Program-made: the position numbers and the translations under genes
NCBI GenBank assembly: GCA_041651315.1
Contig: JBAZJM010000004.1
Coordinates: forward strand, 1,223-65,222
DNA: 64,000 nt
From: Lentisphaeria bacterium
Lineage (GTDB): Bacteria; Verrucomicrobiota; Lentisphaeria; Oligosphaerales; CAITYL01
Reading direction: 5' to 3'
Part shown: positions 36,791 through 45,215 of the stretch, in pieces
Position numbering within the stretch: position 1 is the first letter of the stretch
Layout of the letters: the number at the start of each line of letters is the position of its first letter
Notes under the pieces: generated by a model
Told to the model about the DNA's origin: nothing
What the model saw: the letters and a program-made list of their open reading frames with translations, nothing else
Databases searched by the model: none

Positions 36791-38066
36791 AGTCCGGGCA
36801 TTTGATGACCGACGGCACCAGGCCGAGGGTCACGACCAAAAGGGTCACCATGATTGAACAGCAGAGAATCAAGGTGTCGTACTGGCCCATTTGATGTCCG
36901 GCAAAAGTCCAATGGTCGTTTAGCAGTCCGAACTTTATTGCCTGGGAACTAAAAAGGCCTGACAACGCAACGCCCGCACTGCAAAGAGCTTGATTGATCG
37001 CGGTGGCCACTGGCTTGTTGTCCGCGGGCGTGAGGCGGATCATCTCGGAAGTCAACGCGATTCCCGATGACGCTTGGACACAGCCGAAAACCGCGCCCAA
37101 CGCCCCGACAAATAAAAGCGCAAAAGGAGCCGGTACAAACCCCCTGAAAAGATAAACCAGAAGAATCGCGCCAAATGAAAAGTGGCAAATCAAAAACATT
37201 ATTTTTGTCCCAAGCCGGTCAACCATTTTTCCGCCCAAGTAAAAACCGCCCATCGAACCAAGCATAAGCAAATTCCCCGTCAGGATCACTTCATCGTCGC
37301 CCAAGCCCAACGGTCCCTTCGCTAAAAGGGCGAACAGGCTCGCGCAGCAACCGGTCGCCAGCATCAGTAAAAAGGTGTACGCGCAAAAGGGCATAAACCC
37401 CGGTGCCACAATTGCCTTCCAAATGGACTCGCGTAACGACGGGCGTGGACCGGACTCAACCTGGTTTGCGGGAAGGCGTGAAAGGTAGATGATCCCGGCG
37501 ATTTTGCCGACCAGCGCTAGGCACATGAAAAGCTGGAACACCTTTAGGCTGGAGTCGCGTTTTAAAACCGCGATCACCGCCAACGCAAACAGGATTGACA
37601 CCGCCTGAAAAAAAAACCGCATCGTCCCGAAAAAACGCCCGCGTTCATTGTCCGGCACAAACGTCGACGTCAACGGAAACCAGGACGCCACATACAACGA
37701 CATGCCGACGCCGTTGGCGAGCATCCCGGTCCAGATGAATAACCAGTCCTTGCCAAACGGTTTAAAAAACGGCGCGCCGATAAGTAAAATAAACCCCGCC
37801 GCGCTTACGCATTGCCCGGTCATGCCATTCCTCACATAAGGGGAACGTCCCGAGTAATGAGCCGCCGGAACCATGGTAAACATGTAAACCAAAGGGGACA
37901 GCGCCAAATAGACCAGTATCATGTCGCTGGGCACGCCTAGCGCGGCAAGGTACATCAGCATAAAGCTGTTGTAGTACAAATTGTCAACAACCCCATAAAG
38001 ACAGGTGGCCTTTATGGCGGTGGACATCGCCTTCTTTTGCTCAGGCGAGGCGGAACGGGTCATCAT
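36777..38066 (-). CDS. MFS transporter
   Basis: 429 aa with about 12 hydrophobic segments and low G+C. Its 3' end overlaps the convergent GH28 gene by 14 nt. Confidence 0.7.
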   Translation of the reverse strand: MMTRSASPEQKKAMSTAIKATCLYGVVDNLYYNSFMLMYLAALGVPSDMILVYLALSPLVYMFTMVPAAHYSGRSPYVRNGMTGQCVSAAGFILLIGAPFFKPFGKDWLFIWTGMLANGVGMSLYVASWFPLTSTFVPDNERGRFFGTMRFFFQAVSILFALAVIAVLKRDSSLKVFQLFMCLALVGKIAGIIYLSRLPANQVESGPRPSLRESIWKAIVAPGFMPFCAYTFLLMLATGCCASLFALLAKGPLGLGDDEVILTGNLLMLGSMGGFYLGGKMVDRLGTKIMFLICHFSFGAILLVYLFRGFVPAPFALLFVGALGAVFGCVQASSGIALTSEMIRLTPADNKPVATAINQALCSAGVALSGLFSSQAIKFGLLNDHWTFAGHQMGQYDTLILCCSIMVTLLVVTLGLVPSVIKCPDFTES

Positions 38067-38087
38067 CTTGCCCCCGCAGGGAACCGC

Positions 38088-38654
38088 CTATTTCCGGCGC
38101 CGGCGCAGAACGGCCAAGCTACCGAGGGCCAGCAAGGCCATGCTGGCGGGTTCAGGCACGACCGAAATATGGTCGATGGCGATGACCACCGTGTTGTCCG
38201 CCGGTTGGCCGGGCCGAAGTGAGCAATTTAGAAAGGTATATTCAAAAACACCGGTAGCGTTAGCGGTAAAACTGTAGGTGTAGGTACGCCATTCAGTGGA
38301 AACGGCCGTGTAACTAGTGTAGACCCCGCCCAATGCATTAAGTAAATAGGGATTGGTGCCGGACGTGTTGGACACCATTTTGGCCATGAACGAGACCCAA
38401 TAGGTCGTCCCCGCCTCCACATGCAGATAATCCGCCGTGACCAGGCCAAACCACGTATTATTGGTTAACTGCACATTGGCGCCGTACGGCGACCCGTTCG
38501 TATTGGTCGAATCCCACAGCGCCTTCCCTGAGGTATGATCAGTCCATCCAGTTGTACCGTTGGTGAAATCAGGATTGGCGATCATGTTGGCCATTCCCGT
38601 TTGGGCGATAGCCAGCAGCGACACGATCAGTAAACAAGACAGGGCGTTTTTCAT
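38088..38654 (-). CDS. PEP-CTERM-anchored secreted protein with a CBM-like domain
   Basis: Signal peptide MKNALSCLLIVSLLAIAQTGMA, IANPDFTNGTTGWT opening a CBM4/9-like domain, and the C-terminus VPEPASMALLALGSLAVLRRRRK. The start is taken at ATG 38654. Confidence 0.8.
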   Translation of the reverse strand: MKNALSCLLIVSLLAIAQTGMANMIANPDFTNGTTGWTDHTSGKALWDSTNTNGSPYGANVQLTNNTWFGLVTADYLHVEAGTTYWVSFMAKMVSNTSGTNPYLLNALGGVYTSYTAVSTEWRTYTYSFTANATGVFEYTFLNCSLRPGQPADNTVVIAIDHISVVPEPASMALLALGSLAVLRRRRK

Positions 38655-38874
38655 GATCGGCTCCTTGTTCGGTTTGTTTCCCATCTGCCGCCCGGCCGCC
38701 ACGTTAGGTGCGACCCGCCATTCAGGACGGAATGATACATACTTCATAAACATAGCGGTGCCGGCGCCTGCCGACCATGGATGTTTCTGTCAAAAACATA
38801 TACAGTATGGTATATTCGCTTTGCCGGACTAGACTATGGCCCAGCCATAACCCGTATTTATTATTGCAGAGGCC

Positions 38875-39753
38875 ATGATGAAAGGATCCTGGATCATTGG
38901 TCATGTTTTTTCCGGCGGAACCTTGACCGGAATTAATCCGCGGCTTATCTCCGCCATTGCCAAGCGTCGGATCACGAAGATGCTGAGTCCTGGCTATATC
39001 GTGGCCGCCTGGGTACTTGACTATGCGGTGGATGATTCCGGCCTTTGCCGGGTGCGGATGGCAAACGGCGCCTGGTACGCCCGTGAACCGGGAACCGCCC
39101 ACCTTTACGCGCCAGGAACCCGGGTGTGGGAAGATAGCCGCATGACCACCGGCGGTTTTGAATCCCGGTATGTTGTCTTCACCGGCGGCCAGTTGGCGGG
39201 ATTGGATGAATTTGTCCAGAACAGCCGGGGATTTGGGCGGTTCCAGGACCCGGCCGGACTGCTGGGGGAACGGTTGCGGCAGATCGCCCTGGCGGTTCAG
39301 GACGGCGGTGCCGGGGCGTTCTGGCACGCGCAAGGCCAGCTTGCCGACCTTTTTGCCCTGCTGTTGCGGCAGACGCACCCGGTGGCGGGCAGCAATTTTG
39401 TCCGCGTCATTGCCGAGGCCCCCACCGACGGCATCATGGGAGTGGTGGAACAGGCAGAGCAGTGGCTGTCCGTCCATTATCGGGATGCCTTTTCGCTGGC
39501 GGCCCTAGCCGCTCGCCTGAAGGTGAGTCCCACCACGCTGACGCACCGGTACAAGCGTCTCACCGGCGAAAGTCCGGTGCAGGCGCTGCTCGCCATCCGG
39601 GTCAGCCATGCCAAGGAACTGCTGTTGCGCGGCCACAGTTTGAAACAAATCGCCGCGGAAACCGGCTTTTACGACCCGTTCCACCTGTCCAGGGTATTCA
39701 AGAAGAAGACGGGACTGTCCCCCCGTCAATATCTGAAACGGCATGGTGCCTGA
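38875..39753 (+). CDS. AraC-family transcriptional regulator, paralogue of 57507..58380
   Basis: C-terminal double HTH (LSLAALAARLKVSPTTLTHRYKRLTGESP...IAAETGFYDPFHLSRVFKKKTG). By eye it matches 57507..58380 at roughly two-thirds of positions along its full length. Confidence 0.85.
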   Translation: MMKGSWIIGHVFSGGTLTGINPRLISAIAKRRITKMLSPGYIVAAWVLDYAVDDSGLCRVRMANGAWYAREPGTAHLYAPGTRVWEDSRMTTGGFESRYVVFTGGQLAGLDEFVQNSRGFGRFQDPAGLLGERLRQIALAVQDGGAGAFWHAQGQLADLFALLLRQTHPVAGSNFVRVIAEAPTDGIMGVVEQAEQWLSVHYRDAFSLAALAARLKVSPTTLTHRYKRLTGESPVQALLAIRVSHAKELLLRGHSLKQIAAETGFYDPFHLSRVFKKKTGLSPRQYLKRHGA

Positions 39754-39765
39754 AACGAGTTATCC

Positions 39766-39908
39766 GATTGGATAGGGGGGGCCGGCGACTTGCAACTGGG
39801 TTTAACTGGGTTAAACTATGCAAGAGATGGTTTTAATGGGCTATTTGCAAGTCGTTCAGAATTTCCCTTCTTCCCTTCATGGCAATCACCAAGAAAAGAT
39901 CCCGCGTC
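39766..39908 (+). repeat. Copy B of the approximately 140-bp duplicated promoter/operator/5'-CDS module
   Basis: It aligns with 30941-31083 in the same orientation. Confidence 0.85.
39790..39817 (+). promoter_or_regulatory. Second copy of the TTGCAA-N16-TAAACT promoter with the inverted repeat GTTTAAC-tgg-GTTAAAC (39800-39816)
   Basis: Read directly. It lies 62 nt upstream of ATG 39879. Confidence 0.5.
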
Positions 39909-40220
39909 GGGAGGACGGTTCACGACGTCGAAATTCCCTATCTGGACCGCCTTCCCGACCGGGCCTGGGAAATCGCCGGCCTGATCTCTGGGCTGTTCAG
40001 TTCGTTCTACATCGTGCTCCAGATCGTTTCCGAGATTCACGCCACAGGGCCTTCCACACTCTCTTTGGGGTTCGTGGTCGGCAATCTCGTCAACATCGCC
40101 TTCTGGCTCCTGTACGGAGTACGGTTCCGGCGCTGGGCCGTCTGGGTGGTCAATTTGGCGGCCTTGCTCGCCCAATCCACGCTTCTGGCCGTGGTGGTCC
40201 TGTCCCACGGACATCCATAA
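39879..40220 (+). CDS. Small 3-TM membrane protein, SemiSWEET/PQ-loop-like
   Basis: 113 aa. SSFYIVLQIVSEIHATGPSTLSLGFVVGNLVNIAFWLLYGV fits the PQ-loop pattern (xQIxxxxxTxxxxxLS...WxxYG), with Leu in place of Pro, and there are three hydrophobic helices. The overlapping alternative frame 39818..40225 was rejected. Confidence 0.5.
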   Translation: MAITKKRSRVGRTVHDVEIPYLDRLPDRAWEIAGLISGLFSSFYIVLQIVSEIHATGPSTLSLGFVVGNLVNIAFWLLYGVRFRRWAVWVVNLAALLAQSTLLAVVVLSHGHP

Positions 40221-40240
40221 ACTGATAGAGGATTCCCTAC

Positions 40241-41323
40241 ATGGATGACATCATCAAGCCACGCGGCCCACTGGCCCGGTTCAAACAGGCGATTCAGTCG
40301 GGCAAGGTGCGGGTCGGATTCATCGGCGGCTCGATCACGGAAGCCCACCGCGAATCCAACTGGCCCTATTTCATCCGGGCCTGGTTCGTCAAAAAGTTCC
40401 CCGGCGTCCGGGCGGCCTGGGAAAACGCCGCCATCGGCGGCACGGGCAGCCTGAGCGGCGTCATGCGCGCCCAGCGAGACCTGCTTGACACCCGCTGCGA
40501 CATCGTGTTCGTCGAATACGCCGTGAACGACGGCCCGGGCGAAGCGACCATGCGGACCCGCGAAGGGCTGATCAGGAAGCTGCTGGAGGAGGAGCGTGAC
40601 GTGATCCTGGTCTACACCTACTGCCAAGACATGTACGCGGCGATGTCCGCCGGCCAAATGCCTGCCTCCATCGTCGAGCTGGAGATATTGGCGGAACACT
40701 ACTGCCTCCCCTCCGTCTGGATGGGGCTCCATGCCTATAACGAGATGAAGGCGGGCCGGATGACCTGGGAAGGCTGGCTGCCCGACGGGCTGCACCCCGA
40801 TTATCTGGGCAGCAGCATCTACGCCGAGCCGGTGATCGCCTTCCTGGAGGCGGAACTGGCGGGGCCGGCCCGGCCGTCCATCCCCAGTGGGGCGCTGCTT
40901 CCCGCCCCCCACACTCCCAACCATTTTCAAGACATCCGCGAGATCCCCCTCGACGACGCCGAGCTACGCGGGCCGTGGACCGAGATGCGGGAGGTGATCC
41001 TGCCGTGGTACCGCACGGCGCTCTGCACGGCGGCGGACGGGGCGGAACTGAGCCTCCACTTCACCGGGCGCGCCCTCTGCGCGATGCTCAATTTCGGCAA
41101 GACGTCGGGCGTCCTCAAGTACCGCTTCGATGGCGGCGAATGGCGGGAATTCACGGGGGAGCGCTGCTGGTGGGTGCCTGACAAGAACTGGTGCCAACCG
41201 GTGCTGCTCGCCGACGACTTGAGCGACGGAGCACACCGCTTCGACCTCCGGGTGGTGCACGGCAACCGCGAGGAGTGCAAAGGCACCACCTGCAAGATCT
41301 TCACCTTCATGGCGGTGCAATGA
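40241..41323 (+). CDS. SGNH/GDSL-family hydrolase (putative carbohydrate esterase) with a C-terminal beta-sandwich
   Basis: Block I GFIGGSITE, block III EYAVNDG and block V DGLHPD. Confidence 0.7.
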   Translation: MDDIIKPRGPLARFKQAIQSGKVRVGFIGGSITEAHRESNWPYFIRAWFVKKFPGVRAAWENAAIGGTGSLSGVMRAQRDLLDTRCDIVFVEYAVNDGPGEATMRTREGLIRKLLEEERDVILVYTYCQDMYAAMSAGQMPASIVELEILAEHYCLPSVWMGLHAYNEMKAGRMTWEGWLPDGLHPDYLGSSIYAEPVIAFLEAELAGPARPSIPSGALLPAPHTPNHFQDIREIPLDDAELRGPWTEMREVILPWYRTALCTAADGAELSLHFTGRALCAMLNFGKTSGVLKYRFDGGEWREFTGERCWWVPDKNWCQPVLLADDLSDGAHRFDLRVVHGNREECKGTTCKIFTFMAVQ

Positions 41324-41433
41324 TGAAACGGGCAACCTTCATCACCAAACTTGCTGTAAACTCAAATTCAGACTACTGAAAACACCTCGCCCATCCGTAA
41401 TTCCGGGCGGCACCACGCCGCCGGACCGTCCGG

Positions 41434-42948
41434 TCACGCCCCGAGGCGCCACCGGCGGCCGTCAACCACCGGCAGTTGGGCGGCGGCGGCCGGCCCCCAG
41501 GAGCCGGCCGGATAGGGGTGCAACGGGCAGTTGCCCCCGCTCCCGGCGGCGGCCCAGGCGTCCAGCACCGGTTGCCAGAACTGCCAGGAGCGCCGCACCA
41601 GGTCGCCGGAGAGGAACAGGGCCTGGTCGCCGAGCAGGGCGTCGAGCAGCAGCCGCTGGTAGGCGTCGGGCGGATCGGCCTGGAAGGCCTGGCGGTAGGA
41701 GACGTCCAGGTCCATGGTGCTCATGCACAGCTTGGGGCCGGGACGCTTGGCCTGCACGGTGAGCTCCAGCCCCTCGTCCGGCTGCACCCGCATGACCAGC
41801 ACGTTGGGCGCCAAGTCCTCGGGCCGGAGCGAGGCGAAGATGGAATGCGGCACCGGTTTCAGGGTCAGGGCGATCTCGCTGACCCGGCGGGCCAGCCGTT
41901 TGCCGGTGCGCAGATAGAACGGCACCCCGGCCCAGCGCCAGTCGTCCAGGAACAGGCGGGCGGCGAGATAGGTTTCGGTGCCGGAGTCCGCACGCACGCC
42001 GGGCTCGCCGCGATAGCCGGGGCCGGCAGGGCCGGCGGCGTACTGGCCGCGCACCAGGTCGGCGGCGATCCGCTCCGGGGTCCACGGCCGCAGCGTGCCG
42101 AGCAGGCGCGTCTTCTCCGCCTCCAGCGCGGCGGCGTCAAAGCGGGGGGGCTCGCCCATGGCCACCAGGGCCAGCAGTTGCAGCAGATGGTTCTGGCACA
42201 TGTCGCGCAGCGCGCCGGCGGCCTCGAAGTAGCCAGCCCGGTGTCCCACGCCGGCCTCCTCGGCAACGGTGATCTGGACATGGTCGATGTGGTCGCGGTT
42301 CCACACCGGGCCGAACACCCGGTTGGCAAAACGCAGCATGAGGATGTTCTGGACGGTGTCCTTGCCCAGATAATGGTCGATCCGGTACAGCTGTTCCGGG
42401 CGCAGGACACGGGACAGGCGCTGCTCCAGCTCATCGGCGGTGGGGAGATCGTGGCCGAACGGTTTCTCGATGACCACCCGGCGCCACGGTGCGCGGCCGG
42501 GCGTCACCAGCCCGCCGGCGGCCAGCTGCTCGCACACCGGCGCGTACACCTCCGGCGGCAGGGCCAGGTAAAAGAGGCGGTTGCCGCCGGTGCCGAAACG
42601 GGCCTCCAGCTCCGCCAGGCGCCCCGCCAGGGCGGCGTACCCGGCCGCGTCATCATAGCCGCCGGCCTGGTAGAAGCAGCGTCCGGCCAAGGCCTGGCCG
42701 CCCGGTCCGGGGCAGATCTCCGCCACCGTTTGGGCGAAGGCCGCGTCGTCCAGCGGGGTGCGGCCGTACCCGAGCAGGAAGAACTGCGCCGGCAGCAGGC
42801 GGCGGTCCCCGGCCAGGGCCCCCAGGGCGGGCAACAGCTTGCGCCGGACCAGATCGCCGGAGGCGCCGAACAGCACCAGGCCAGCCGGCTCCGGGGTACG
42901 CTCCATGCACAAGTGGTCGGTGATGGTAATCCGCGGCACCACATTCAT
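41434..42948 (-). CDS. zwf: Glucose-6-phosphate 1-dehydrogenase
   Basis: LVLFGASGDLVRRKL NADP site and the RIDHYLGKDTVQNILMLRFAN signature. The start may be the internal MERTPEP at 42906. Confidence 0.9.
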   Translation of the reverse strand: MNVVPRITITDHLCMERTPEPAGLVLFGASGDLVRRKLLPALGALAGDRRLLPAQFFLLGYGRTPLDDAAFAQTVAEICPGPGGQALAGRCFYQAGGYDDAAGYAALAGRLAELEARFGTGGNRLFYLALPPEVYAPVCEQLAAGGLVTPGRAPWRRVVIEKPFGHDLPTADELEQRLSRVLRPEQLYRIDHYLGKDTVQNILMLRFANRVFGPVWNRDHIDHVQITVAEEAGVGHRAGYFEAAGALRDMCQNHLLQLLALVAMGEPPRFDAAALEAEKTRLLGTLRPWTPERIAADLVRGQYAAGPAGPGYRGEPGVRADSGTETYLAARLFLDDWRWAGVPFYLRTGKRLARRVSEIALTLKPVPHSIFASLRPEDLAPNVLVMRVQPDEGLELTVQAKRPGPKLCMSTMDLDVSYRQAFQADPPDAYQRLLLDALLGDQALFLSGDLVRRSWQFWQPVLDAWAAAGSGGNCPLHPYPAGSWGPAAAAQLPVVDGRRWRLGA

Positions 42949-43000
42949 TTCTGCGCCCTCCCGGAAAAACTGCTGCCGCCACTATAGCATGGGGGCCAGC

Positions 43001-43096
43001 CACACGGACGCACACCGACGGACACGGACCCGCACGGACCAGGCAAAAGCAACACCGGTCCGGGCCAGTCCGTGAAGGTCCGTGTTCGTCCGTGCC
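43001..43096. repeat. Palindrome with arms of 10-nt tandem repeats: 4 x (NNCACGGACN), a loop, then 4 x (GTCCGTGNNN)
   Basis: cacacggacg cacaccgacg gacacggacc cgcacggacc | aggcaaaagcaacacc | ggtccgggcca gtccgtgaag gtccgtgttc gtccgtgcc. It lies between the divergent zwf and symporter genes. Confidence 0.85.
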
Positions 43097-43160
43097 CCCG
43101 ACCGGTATGGAGTATATTCCGCTCTTCCGGCGGCATCGGCTCCGGACGGGGTGCCCATTG

Positions 43161-45134
43161 ATGAACATGACAATCTGGGATTGGGCGGTGGTGGCGCTGC
43201 CGCTGTTGCTGGTGCTGGGCATCGCCTGGCGGACGCAACGGCACACGCGCAGCGTGGCCGACTTCATGTCGGCCAGCCGCTGCGCCGGACGCTACCTGAT
43301 CTGCAACGCCCGCGGCGAGGCGGGCTATGGCGCGATCACCGCGGTGGCGATGTTCGAGATGATCTTTGTGGCCGGGTTCGTGATGGCCTGGTGGCAGAAC
43401 ATGCAGGCGCCGGTCGGCCTGTTCATCGCCCTCTCGGGCTATGTCATCTACCGCTACCGCGAAACCCGCGCCATGACCCTGGCGCAGTTCTTCGAAATCC
43501 GCTACAGCCGCCGTTTCCGCGTCTTTGCCGGGCTGGTGGCCTTCATCGCCGGCGTGGTCAATTACGGCATCTTTCCGGCGGTCAGCAGCCGGTTCTTCGT
43601 CTATTTCTGCGGTTTTCCGCCAACGGTGAGCGTCGGCGGCTTTCAGGTCGAGACCTATGTGCTGCTGATGGCGCTGTTCCTCAGCCTGGCCCTGACGCTG
43701 ACGCTGGGCGGCGGCCAGCTCACGATCATGGTGACCGACTGCGTGGCGGGGCTGGTGTCAGGGGTGTTTTACCTGATCGTGGCGTTCACCCTGCTGGCCA
43801 TCTTCAAGTGGGGGCAGATCGCCGACGCCATGACCCAGCTGCCGGCGGGCTTTTCGCGGATGAATCCCTTTGACGCCGACAAGGTGCGGGATTTCAATGT
43901 CTGGTACGTGCTGATCGCCATGGTGGGAGCGATTTACGGCTGCATGAGCTGGCAGGGCGGGCACGCCTTCAACGCCTCGGCCGCCAATCCGCACGAGGCC
44001 AAAATGGGGGTGATCCTCGGCCACTGGCGCGGCTTCACCCTGACCGTGATGATCACCCTGCTCGGGGTATGCGCCTACACCTACATGACCCATCCCGACT
44101 TTGCCCAGGGCGCGCGGGAGGTCAACGCGCTGGTGGCGCAGATCGACAACCCGCAGATCCAAAAACAGATGAAGGTGCCGCTGGCGCTGGCGCACCTGCT
44201 GCCGGTGGGTGTCAAGGGCGTCCTGTGCGCCATCATGATGTTCGCCATGCTGGCCGTGGACGGTTCGTACCTGCATTCCTGGGGCAGCATTTTCATCCAG
44301 GACGTGGTGCTGCCGTTCCGCAAAAAGCCGCTCACCCCGCGGCAGCATCTGATCCTGTTGCGGCTGGCGATCATTTGGGTGGCAATCTATGGGTTTATGT
44401 TCAGCTGGCTGTTCAAGCAGACCGATTACATCCTGATGTTCTTCGCCCTCACCGGTGCCATTTTCAGCGGCGCCGGCGCCGCCATTGTCGGCGGCCTGTA
44501 CTGGAAAAAGGGCACCACGGCGGCGGCCTGGACGGCGATGTGCCTCGGTTCCGGCACCGCGGTGGCGGGGATTGTCATCCGCCAGTTCAATCCCGACTTT
44601 TTCATCAACGGCCAGTGGTTCTACCTCATGGCCATGGGCGCGGCCGTGGTGGCCTATGTGACCGTGTCGCTGCTCACCTGCAAGGAGGATTTCAACATGG
44701 ATCGCATGCTGCACCGCGGGGCGTATGCGCCCGCCAGCGGCGACGGCAGCCGGCTCGACCCGACGCAGGCCGCCGCGCATCAGCGCTTTGCCTGGGGTAA
44801 GTTGCTGGGCTTTGACCAGGAATTCACCCGGGGCGACAAGTTCATTTCCGGCGGTCTGTTCTGCTGGAGCATGACCTGGTTCCTGGTCTTCGCCGCCGGC
44901 ACCGTCTGGAACTTGTTGAGCCCCTGGCCGACGGCCTGGTGGACCGCCTACTGGCGGATTCAGGGGGTGCTGCTGCCGCTGGTCATCGGCGTCATCACCA
45001 CCGCCTGGTTCACCTGGGGTGGCCTGCGCGACATGCGCCGGCTGTTCCGCGCCCTCAAAACCGTTCGCCGCGACGACCGCGACGACGGCTCCGTGGCGGC
45101 CCACCGCAACCGGGACGAGGCTCCACCGGTGTGA
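43161..45134 (+). CDS. Sodium:solute symporter (SSF) family transporter
   Basis: About 13-14 TM segments and an SSF-like N-terminus MNMTIWDWAVVALPLLLVLGIAWRTQRHTRSVADF. The start is taken at ATG 43161. Confidence 0.75.
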   Translation: MNMTIWDWAVVALPLLLVLGIAWRTQRHTRSVADFMSASRCAGRYLICNARGEAGYGAITAVAMFEMIFVAGFVMAWWQNMQAPVGLFIALSGYVIYRYRETRAMTLAQFFEIRYSRRFRVFAGLVAFIAGVVNYGIFPAVSSRFFVYFCGFPPTVSVGGFQVETYVLLMALFLSLALTLTLGGGQLTIMVTDCVAGLVSGVFYLIVAFTLLAIFKWGQIADAMTQLPAGFSRMNPFDADKVRDFNVWYVLIAMVGAIYGCMSWQGGHAFNASAANPHEAKMGVILGHWRGFTLTVMITLLGVCAYTYMTHPDFAQGAREVNALVAQIDNPQIQKQMKVPLALAHLLPVGVKGVLCAIMMFAMLAVDGSYLHSWGSIFIQDVVLPFRKKPLTPRQHLILLRLAIIWVAIYGFMFSWLFKQTDYILMFFALTGAIFSGAGAAIVGGLYWKKGTTAAAWTAMCLGSGTAVAGIVIRQFNPDFFINGQWFYLMAMGAAVVAYVTVSLLTCKEDFNMDRMLHRGAYAPASGDGSRLDPTQAAAHQRFAWGKLLGFDQEFTRGDKFISGGLFCWSMTWFLVFAAGTVWNLLSPWPTAWWTAYWRIQGVLLPLVIGVITTAWFTWGGLRDMRRLFRALKTVRRDDRDDGSVAAHRNRDEAPPV

Positions 45135-45215
45135 TTAGCTTACGAGTGAAATCTGTTGCAAGATGCGGTTTGCGGAAGGGCCAAATTTCCGGTTTTCTTC
45201 GGGATTTCGTGTGAG

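Noticed and set aside
39818-40225. An alternative 135-aa ORF overlapping the SemiSWEET-like ORF
   Set aside because: Its translation is Arg/Gly/Pro-rich with no hydrophobic pattern. The 39879 frame gives three clean TM helices and a start codon inside the duplicated promoter module.
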